DNA of 63,971 bases, the filler included. It is 11 parts of 11 records of this genome, joined end to end, with 100 filler letters (N's around TTAATTAATTAA, not from the genome) between each part and the next. Parts side by side here need not be neighbours in the genome. Positions count along the whole stretch, not along the records: positions 53,224 to 56,473 come from SRR7504441_9117; positions 56,574 to 60,345 come from SRR7504441_9121; positions 60,446 to 63,971 come from SRR7504441_9230; 8 more parts are not named here. The stretch is one strand, 5' to 3'. Under the pieces are notes generated by a model, which saw only the letters and a list, made by a program, of their open reading frames with translations, made no database searches and was not told where the DNA came from. The position numbers were made by a program, and so were the translations under genes. Below, piece by piece: positions 55,203 to 63,971 of this stretch. Position 1 is the stretch's first letter. Every line of letters begins with the position of its first letter.

Positions 55203-56473
55203 CTACGTATTATCACCGGGAACGGGCACGTAGTCCCTGCTGCCCACCGGCTCGATCCGTTGGGCGCAGAGCACCCCGACCGCCGCCCCGGCCGCTCCCA
55301 TCAGCAGCACGGCCCGTATCGAGCCCGCACTGGCTGCAAGCACTGCAGCACCGAGCAGTGAGACTGCGACCTCCGGCAGGCACTGCGACCAGTTGAATAT
55401 ACCGGTGAAGGTGCCCTTGTCCGGCAGCCCGGTCGCCATCACTGAGAACGCGTACCAGGACACTGTGGTGGTAAGCCCCCAGCTCCCGCCTAGCAGCGCA
55501 AACACTGGCAGAGCGGCGCTGGCCGTCCGAGCCGCCGCGAGCAGCACCAGCCCGGCGGCCAGCGCGGATAGGTTTAGGGTCTGGCAGCCGACCAGCCCGA
55601 TGCGGTCGATCATCCAGGGCGAGCAGAGCGCCGTGAACAGGCCAACACCCGCAAGCAGGCATAGCCCCAAGTTGGCCTGGCTGCAGCCCAGCTCGTAGGC
55701 CTCCCGGTTGGGACTGCCGACCGGGGCCTGGCCGTCGCCCTGCTGGAGCTCCTCAGCGAAGTATAGAACCACGTTCACCATCAGTGTGAAGAAGCCGAAA
55801 AATGCCCAGAACTGCCTCCGTGGTGAGCTACACACGAGCAACAGGGGGCACCTGCACCTGCCACATCCGAGCCATCGGGCCGGGCACCCGCAGCACCGCC
55901 TCCACCAGCTCGGCCGCCCCGCATCCGTCAGTTGATGGTCCGGGCTCACACCCAGGCTCAGCCGCCGTGTGCAGGGTGACCGCCGCAGCCAGAATGAGCA
56001 GCCCCGCGGCGACTGAGAAGGTGGCCCAGCTGGGGAACAGCCCGCCCATGGCGTAGCCGGCCGTCTGGCCCAGCCCGCCCCATAGCCCGAAGTAGCCGTT
56101 GGCGTCCGCCTGCCGGGAGCTGGGCACCAGGTCCACCACTAGAGCCCTGAGCGGCGCCTGGATCCCGTTGAGCGCAAAGTCCATCACGCTGAACCACCAG
56201 ACCGCCCAGACCACCGGCCACGGCCCGCTCACCCGCCGGGCCAGCGCCGGGGCCATCGCGAAGCAGAGCAGCGCCGCCGCCGACAGCCCCGTGAACCCGG
56301 CGATCGGAGGGGAGCGGCGACCCCAGCGGGAGCCGAGTCGATCGCTGTACTGCCCGACCGCGGGACCCATTGTAATCCCGGAGATCGGGCCGGCCAGCCA
56401 GACCAGCGATATCAGCCACTGGGCCACCCCGATCTCGGCGAAGGTGGCCGACGCCCCCCCGATCTGGACCCCC
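55203..56473 (-). CDS. MFS sugar transporter, SLC45/sucrose-transporter-like, 5'-truncated
   Basis: VWLAGPISG..GPAVGQYSDR..SRWGRR, DFALNGIQAPLRALVVD, KGTFTGIFN...PE; one short intron near 55860-55900. Confidence 0.85.
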
Positions 56474-56573
56474 NNNNNNNNNNNNNNNNNNNNNNNNNNN
56501 NNNNNNNNNNNNNNNNNTTAATTAATTAANNNNNNNNNNNNNNNNNNNNNNNNNNNNNNNNNNNNNNNNNNNN
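56474..56573. other. Artificial contig spacer
   Basis: N44-TTAATTAATTAA-N44. Confidence 0.98.
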
Positions 56574-57727
56574 TCCTAGCTTCTTCTTGGCATACTTTGC
56601 TGCATCGACCGCTGCCACTCGGTGAGTCGGCGTCAGCATGGCATGCGCCTGGATCTGGATGGCGCTGGAACCACCGACGGAACAGCTGGGCCGCATCCTC
56701 GTGCGCCACCCCCACCCCTTTGAGCAGCAGCGACAGCTGGCTCCGGCCGTGATACTTTAGGTGCCTCTGCTGCTGCAGGTGCCTGCCACATGCTCAGGCA
56801 CAGCTGCCCAGCCACCCACCTAAGCAGCTGCTGGGCACACAGCGGCAGCCGGCTCTGCTCCCCGAGCAGGTCGTCTATCTGCGTGCTCCCTGCCGCCAGG
56901 TGGCACCCGCCTGAGCCATCGGCCACACCGGACGCCATACAGCCAGCCGCACGGTCAGTCCTCCGTACTCGCCTCGTCTCCACCCGCAGCCCCGCCAACA
57001 GCCCCGAAAGCCGATCCGACTCGGCCGGTGCGCGCAGCGCCCGCAGCCGGGCCAGCGCCGGACCCGACCGCTCCATCCGCTGCCCCCACAGTGAGCTGTC
57101 ACCCAGCGGCAGCTCACTCGTTCGAATCCCCTCCGGACCACAAGCCCGAGCGCGGCCTGCCCACAGAGCAGAGCCTCCCCGCGATGCAGCAGCACTCTGT
57201 GCTCGCCCACCAGCCGATCCGCCCACTCCCACGGCACCCCGACCGTCAGCCGGCCCGGCTCGAGACTCCAGGCCGCTGACTCCCCCCAACCCTCCCCGCT
57301 GATGCGCCCTAGCTCGTCGGGGGGCACCAGTCGGGTGCCCGGCAGCTCCAGCCGCTCTAACAGCTCAAGCACCTCCAAGTCGTCGAGCGGGCCCATCCGG
57401 CGGGCCAGCAGCCGGCCCTCGGCCTCAACCAGCCAGCGCCATTGGTCGCTCTGGCACAACCCCAGCCGCAGCAGCCAGTGCCCCACCTGCCCATCAGTCC
57501 AGCCTGCCGTGGCCGTGGCCCCGACCTCGTCCAGCTGGCTGCTCTGCTCCCAGCCCGGGTCGGCGGCATCTGGAAGCTGCCCACGGGTTGAACCTGGCTG
57601 GTCCGGGCCGGCATACCCTGGCGGCGCAGAGCAGTCCGATCCGGGCCATCGCGCAGTCCCAGGCGACTTCCAGGCTGATCTCGTGCTCCGGCCGCTCCAG
57701 GTACAGCGCCACCCCGCCCCAGCCCAT
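56574..57727 (-). CDS. PRIM2: DNA primase large subunit-like, divergent, 3'-truncated
   Basis: LYLERPEHEISLE, GHWLLRLGLC...WLVEAE, VPW...LV..HRVLLHRGEA, LPLCA, HLKYHGRSQLSLLLKGVG. Confidence 0.7.
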
Positions 57728-57795
57728 CGCCGCTCAGTGGCGCAGACCGGACGCGCCTTTGTAGGGCGTTTTCCTATTTCAAAATCTGAAAATCA

Positions 57796-58372
57796 ATGCA
57801 GAACGCCGAGCTTCGCCGGGCTCTCGGCGCAGCGGAGCAGGCGGCGATCAAATCGCCGTTGAAGAACAGCACCAACCTCGGATCATCGCCGCGCAAGCTG
57901 GCCGCGCGCCCCCAGCCGTCCGGCGAGACCCTGCTTCAACAGCAACTCGCCGCAGCCAACGCCGCCATACAGGTGCCCGCCACGCTCCCTGCCCGGCTGA
58001 CCGGGTCGGCAGGACCTGAGCGCCCGGCTGGCGTGCTCGGATCAGGCCCTGCGACAGGCTGGGATGCAGCGGCAGGCCTCGCTCAAGGTGATCCAAAAGC
58101 TTGAGGGCAAGCTGGCCAAAAGCCGGGCCGCCAACACCGAGCTAGTGCTCGAGTTAGATACAGCGCGCAGGGAGACGGGGGAGGCGATCGCGGCGGGTCA
58201 GCGAGCTGCCGAGTTGGAACGGGCCAACAGAGCGGCCGGGGACCGTGGGCGCGCGCAGGGGGAGGAGCTGGTGCGGCTGAATAGGCTGTACAAAGGGATG
58301 CGACATAGAATGATCCACGCGGTAGCGCAGTGCCCCACATGCACTGAGCGATTAAGGGAGTCAATGTACTAG
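57796..58372 (+). CDS. Small coiled-coil hypothetical protein
   Basis: ATG at 57796, one short intron, heptad-rich, C-terminal CPTC. Confidence 0.5.
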
Positions 58373-58410
58373 CAATTGATTTAAACATCCCAGCGTAATT
58401 ATTAATAGGC

Positions 58411-59761
58411 CTACTCGCCTCTTAGTGCGAATATAGAGTGATTAGTCGAGATCATGTGCCGGATATTATTCCGGGCTGGATCCTTCCTCAGGCTCCGGAA
58501 CCGGTTGAGCTGGGGCTCCATCAGCCAGCGGTGCGGGGCGCCCCAGCTGGCCATCAGGCGGTCAAGCTCCTTCGCGTCCCGTTCGGCATCATCTGCACTG
58601 TGCGAAGTAAACACTATTGGCACTTTCATCTGCAGCATCAGCTGCAGCGTTTCATGCCAGCAGTCATCCCCTCGCGCACTGCACCCCGATCAGCCCAGCA
58701 TGACCCAACACTGTACCCTGCAAACCCCACGCCGGAGTTGAACATTGCGAACGCGGACGGAGCCGGCTCCTGCATGAAGCACGCCCCGGCTTCTATAGAA
58801 CCGGGGTGGCTCCTGCGTGATACCTCCGCACCTGCCCCGAGCCTCCAACCAGGCCGGGCGGCCCGTCCCACCGAGCGACTCCCAGTCGGACCCGGCCAGG
58901 ATCTCGTGTCCCACCATCTCCAGCTCGAGCCGTTCGAAACGAAGGAGGCAGCTCAGCTCGCGCCAGGCCTTGGCCGGGAGGCTAGCCTCCGCCCGCGCGC
59001 CCACGAACAGCACTTTGAGCGGCCGGTCCGGGCTCGATATCAACGGGTCCACCTGGCCAGGCTGGGCGGCCGGCTAGTGCAGCGGCACCGTCCGCAGCCC
59101 GTAACCCAGCGAGAGTGGGTAAGAGAGCAAATGAGAAAGATGCCGCACAGAGATCGGCTGGTGGATCCTGCCGGCGCGGTCCATCCCGGCCGGATATCTG
59201 GGCGCACCGATTGAACTTGCGGACGGCCAGGTAACGGTCCCAGCTCTCCAGGGCCTGGGGCAGCTGATCCCCGAGCTGCTCGGCCGCCGGAAAATCGAAT
59301 TCAGGGAAGCTCGGCCGGGAGCGCAGATCGAGCAGGTCTAAATGGATATTCCTGCCCGCCCGCTGCCCGGGGCCCACCCGCCGCGCACCGCAGGTCGTCG
59401 ACGTACTGGCTGTGGCTCCGGTCCGCCGCATAGCACTCCGCAGAGCAGTGCGAAGGGAACCCGCTCTCCAGGCAGCTAAAGCACAGCGCCGCCCGCTGCC
59501 CGCACCGGTTCCAGCTGGTGCTGGCGCGGATGGGAGCACCTTGCCGCAGCCCGGGCAGATGGTCTCTCGGGCGTATTCCTCGCCGAGGGCGCGGAGCCAG
59601 CCCGATTTGGACTCGAGCATCGGTGGGATGTGGATCGGCCGGGGCGCCTGGCCGTCGTCGCTGTTCAGCGCCCAGACCATCCCCTTGAGCCGCTCGACCA
59701 GCGAGGCCAGGCCCCGCCCGCGCAGCCGCCCCCGCGCCGCTCGACCAGTGAGCCCAGCCAT
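58411..59761 (-). CDS. MSS51: MSS51/ZMYND17-like mitochondrial protein
   Basis: Arg-rich presequence; CPGC...CLESGFPSHCSAEC MYND-like; EFDFP, SWDRYLAVRKF, VGARAEASLP, FNSGVG, PIVFTSHS, NRFRS. Confidence 0.75.
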
Positions 59762-59885
59762 TGACCACGCGGTCCTGTCAGCGAGGTCGCGCCAACGGCA
59801 TTTTGCTGCTGCCCGCCGGCGCACTCACAACACACCGCCGCCGACAGTGGAGTGCCGGCGGTGTGTGATGACTTGAGACCTCGGG

Positions 59886-60345
59886 ATGTCGCGTGTGCTG
59901 ATTGAGCGGGGGATCGAGACGGTCCGGGCCGCTGTGGCTGCCGACACCGAGGGCCAACTGCCCGAGGCGCTGGCCGGGTACACCGACGCGATCGAGCTGC
60001 TGCTGGCCGGGCTGAAGCAAGAGTCTAACCCGAGCGTGAAGCAGCAGCTGGGCGAGAGGCTCCAGCAGTACATGCACAGGGCCGAGCAGATCAAAGCCGC
60101 GCTGGACGGAGCGCAGCAGCAGCCCGAGCAGGAGCAGCCGCAGCAGCCCGAGCAGCAGCAGCCGACTGGGGGGTCGCCGCTGGCCGAGCACGCGACTAAA
60201 TGTGTGCGCCGGGGCGGGGCGCCTGACCGGGCGGCAGGGTTGAACAGCGGAGAGCCGGCTGTAGAGAGGCTGGGGCCGTTCCTGGTGCTAGCGGCCGAGA
60301 ATGACCCTAGCCAGCCGGCGCTGTCGCTAGCCTGTGTGTGTGCGG
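59886..60345 (+). CDS. MIT-domain protein, 3'-truncated
   Basis: AVAADTEGQLPEALAGYTDAIELL...YMHRAEQIK. Confidence 0.75.
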
Positions 60346-60445
60346 NNNNNNNNNNNNNNNNNNNNNNNNNNNNNNNNNNNNNNNNNNNNTTAATTAATTA
60401 ANNNNNNNNNNNNNNNNNNNNNNNNNNNNNNNNNNNNNNNNNNNN
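60346..60445. other. Artificial contig spacer
   Basis: N44-TTAATTAATTAA-N44. Confidence 0.98.
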
Positions 60446-60657
60446 AAATAAAGCTGAGATGAACGCCCCGTCGAGGGGTTTAATCGATGGGCGGCGGGGC
60501 TTGGGCGGGCTAGGCGCGGGCGGGCTTCCGAAGCAGGCTTACCCTAGCTAACAGTAAACTGCTTACCCCTATTTGCTGATTGAACTTGATTACCCAAACG
60601 CTACCTGAGCGCGTAGCCACAGCAATGGGAAAATCGTCACTGTGAATCTCATGAGCG

Positions 60658-63600
60658 TCATCTTGTGTTTGGTTGGGGCGGCATACTTGGGACATTAAAC
60701 GGCTTGAGCATTCCGGCGGGATATGAGTCCGACAGCCGGTGAGTATTAACATGTGTAAACGCCTCGATCTCCCTGTCAGCCAGCTGTGGCGATTGCTCCA
60801 CAAAGGATTGCGCTGTCTGATTAGTGTACTTGGAAGGAAAGTTTTGTCGGGTTTCGACACTCGGCTTAATTGGGGGCTCGATCTTCTTGAGCAGTAGCGC
60901 GTCCCAGTCCATAGCAAACACATTCGCGTAGAATGGGTGCTGCTTGATCTGTGCAGCCTGCCCCACTGTCAAGACTTACTAACATGGCATAACCTGCGGC
61001 CGGCTTTCTGGCGTCTTTGACAGGAGCTTGTTTGCCAAATCCTGCACCTGGCAGCAGCTGAACGCTGCACAACAACCCGTTACCTCGGTCACCACCGGCA
61101 CTGTTGCAGGCCACACGTGATTCTCCGAAACGATCTTCTGAAACACATCCCCGCCAGCTCGCGCATCGAATGGTGGCCGACCGATCAGCATCTCGTATAG
61201 CAGAACTCCGACCGCCCACCAGTCCACCGCCTGCCTCCGATCCTGCCCGCCCGAGTATATCCGCACACCTGACCGTAACTCTTCCGGAGCACCACTTCAG
61301 GAGAAACGTACTCACGGGTGCCCACCAGCGACTCGGCACGGCCCTGATCACCTGCACCACATGACTAGCCAGGCCAGCGACAGACTGCCTGCTGAGCCGA
61401 ACTCGCTGGTCACGTTCATCTTCGAAAGACCAAAGTCAGTTAGCTTCAGGTGGCCATCCTGGCTCATCAGGATGTTCTCGGGCTTGAGGTCACGACTGAG
61501 CATACACCACTGCTCAGCAGGAGGTGCAGGAGTCGAGCCAGGACTCACTGGATGATCTGGTGTGAGTGTAGGTACTCCAACGCGAGCACCACCTGCAGCA
61601 CACAGCCTTCACGCAGCTGGTGCTTACAAGCGTACCTCGCCGATATAGAAGCCGGCCGCCATGTGGTGCAGCTTCCGACTCTTGAGCTTGCGCGTGAAGT
61701 GGAAAAGATCGCCTGCCGCTAGATTGCAACTCCCTGGCTTGGCTGTGTTGGGGCACCGCCGTCACAGAAGTCTAGCAGCATGCAAAGCTGGTTGTTGTCC
61801 ACAAAGCAGTAGTGCAGCCTGACCAGGAACGGGTGGTGCAGGCTGAGCAGGATCTGCATCTCGTTCCTGGCCCTCTCGAGCAGGTTCGCTTTGATCAGTT
61901 GCGCCACGTTCTGAACCTTCATTGCCAGCACCCGGCCGTTCATTTTGGACTTAACCATAAAAATCTTGCCCATACCTCCCTTGCCTATGGGCATCACCTT
62001 CTCGAAGTCCGCCAGGCACGCCGACCGGTGCAGTATCGACCGCATTTCCTGCCGTTTGAATCAGCCACAAGCCCCGGCCTGTGCTGCCTGCAGCTGCTGT
62101 TTACTCTGCTGGAGCTGTCGCTGGGCGTGCTGCCCGAGATGCAGAGCCTCGAACGCTTCAAGCACTTGCCCTCGCTGCTGTGGCGAGTTGGCCAGATACT
62201 CGATCTTTGATAGCACACACACGTCGAACCCTCGCTCGTTGTCCTTTAAGTGCACCCCGTGGATCTGCCTACGCTAGAGACTGGCTAACGGCCAAGCCAC
62301 CTCCTCTTCGGTGTAGGCGAACCGCACCGAGTCGCCTCTGAACGACTTGATCCCTGCCCGACCGGTCAGCCTAACCTGCCTACCGTTGGCCCACCGTTGG
62401 CGTTCAGCTGTAGCGTGCGCTCCTGGTGCTTGCCACGCTGGTTCACCTTGGTCAGCTCAAACGAAAAGTTGATGGGCCGCTGCTCCTGCTGGCTGGCCTG
62501 CTCGGCCGGCAGGTTGGCCCCAGGCGACGTAGGACTGGCCTCCGCCTCTTGCTCGAACTCTCCCGCCTCACAAAAGCCCTGCCTGAAGCTCGCCGGCGCC
62601 TGGGCCCAAGCTACCTTGAGCGCCATCCGAGCCGCCGTCATATGTTCGAGCGCGTCCAGCACCCGACCACCCAGCGTCTCGAGCAGCTGTCCCAGAGTCG
62701 GCTGGGCCGGGCTGGAGGGCACCGGGGCCTCGGGGTCTGTTATCTCTATCCCAAGTGCTGCCAGATCCACGTACTGCGGCTGGCCCGGGACCAGGAACTG
62801 AGCCAGGTCGAGCGCCGACTGCCCCGGGCAGAGTCAGGTGCGCAGGGGAGTGGAGGCACCGAGTCGTCGGTGGCACAGCAGCACACAGCGAGCGCAATTA
62901 GATGCGCAATCTCCGGCTGCGACTGGCTGAGCTTGGTTGCCAGTGTGGCAAGCGCTGGAATCGAGCGGCTGGCGGCCTCCTTGAAGGTGTTTGGCGTGGC
63001 CGTGGACGGCTCAGCATGTAGGCAAGGCACATGGACCTGCCTCCAGTTTGAGGGCCAGGAGTTGGGGCTCGCGCGACCTGCACCCGGAACCAGCGCCGCC
63101 TCCGCACATTCAGCTGAGGCCGGGCGGTCCTGTGCCACTCAGCCCGCACGAACGAGGTGGCGTGCTGCCAGCCCTCCGGCCCAAACAGGAGCGGGTCCTT
63201 GTCCACCTCCCAGTCGCACAGCCAGTACCAGGACGCGTTCAGCCCCCGCACCATCTCGGCCGAAGATAGCGCCGAGCCGTCCCCTCGCTGAAACCCGGGC
63301 GGATCGCCCTCCTCAAGCAGCGCCCCATGCACCCGGCCGTTCTCCCACACCTCCACCACCTCCGTGTCCACCACCTTGCCCACCACCGCCTGCAGCACCC
63401 GCCGGCTCCCCGCGTCTGCAGGCAGCACCCTAAGGTCGCTCCCCAGTCCCAGGCCCTCCAGCGCCGACAGGTCCGGCCGCTCGCCGATCCGCTCCAACTG
63501 AGCGCTCAGCCGGCGCAGCTCGAGCCGCGGTCGGCCGTTCTCCTCTACCTGAACGCACGGCCGCACGAACGCCCTAATCCGGCGGGCGTCAAGCGGGCTG

Positions 63601-63909
63601 ACGCCTATCCGGGCCGCGTGGATTGCGTCGGCCCAGTCCCAGGCGCCAGCCGAGCCACCTTGCACTAGCAACCCGACCGTCCCGCCGGACGCCCGGAGCA
63701 CGTCGAACCGGCCCCCGAGGAGCACCTGGACCGCGCTGATCTCGGCCACCGGCAGGCTCGGCTCCGGCTCGGCCGCCAGCCGGTCGGCCGTCAAGCTGAA
63801 ATCGCGCTCCCGCCAGACGCCTACCCCCGATCGGCGGGCACCAGGGCGCCGCACTGGGCTTGCCAGCCTCGGCCGGGACCAGGTAGCGCAGCGTGCCCTG
63901 CTTCAGCAT
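60658..63909 (-). CDS. AGC-family Ser/Thr kinase with N-terminal PH-like and DysF (dysferlin/Pex24) domains (start uncertain)
   Basis: [36 protein letters not shown] and AGC tail [13 protein letters not shown]; upstream EVWENGR...[10 protein letters not shown]...GWQHA...VRRRRWFR; many short introns. Confidence 0.8.
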
Positions 63910-63971
63910 GCCGTGGCACTTGTATCTCTTCGTTATACTTAATACCGGGTCCAGTGAACTAGGTAGTTCAC

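Noticed and set aside
57110-57140. GTTCGAATCCC tRNA T-loop-like motif
   Set aside because: Lies antisense within the primase coding sequence (RRGFER); no cloverleaf.
8760-60445. Ten identical TTAATTAATTAA cores flanked by Ns, looking like a dispersed repeat
   Set aside because: They are exact 100-nt artificial scaffolding linkers; ORFs ending in XXXLIN and gene adjacency across them are artefacts.
61352-61388. Possible GC-AG intron in the kinase activation segment
   Set aside because: An in-frame GT donor 3 nt away explains it equally well, so it was not counted.
1-63971. CRISPR arrays, transposases, retroelements, rRNA, alternative genetic code
   Set aside because: None seen; TAA, TAG and TGA all act as ordinary stops in conserved genes.

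Overview
This is eukaryotic, not prokaryotic, DNA: 11 contigs from a compact, GC-rich microbial eukaryote, joined by ten artificial 100-nt spacers (N44-TTAATTAATTAA-N44). Adjacency across spacers is therefore meaningless. I resolved about 36 protein-coding genes by hand-splicing very short spliceosomal introns (mostly 37-45 nt), several with GC donors. Most genes lie in head-to-head pairs with under 180 nt between start codons. Recognisable genes include MSH6, GCN1, PEX11, heme-b5 sulfite oxidase next to a TauE/SafE sulfite exporter, CLN5-like, GH28, NDUFV1, ECHS1, a stand-alone glutamine-dependent CPS, SLC45-like transporter, PRIM2-like, MSS51-like, DOT1-like and an AGC kinase. The best leads are: (1) an unannotated minus-strand locus at about 44860-45412 with a USE-like promoter motif and an orphan box C/D RNA carrying a G-U-wobble hairpin, apparently inside an unusually long intron; (2) the sulfite oxidase + sulfite exporter pair; (3) a PEX39/PEX14-type KPWE domain fused to a MAPR cytochrome-b5-like heme domain; (4) PH-DysF-AGC kinase and acylated C2 + lipin-type HAD fusions; (5) the micro-intron system itself. 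All family calls come from motif recognition by eye; no searches were run.
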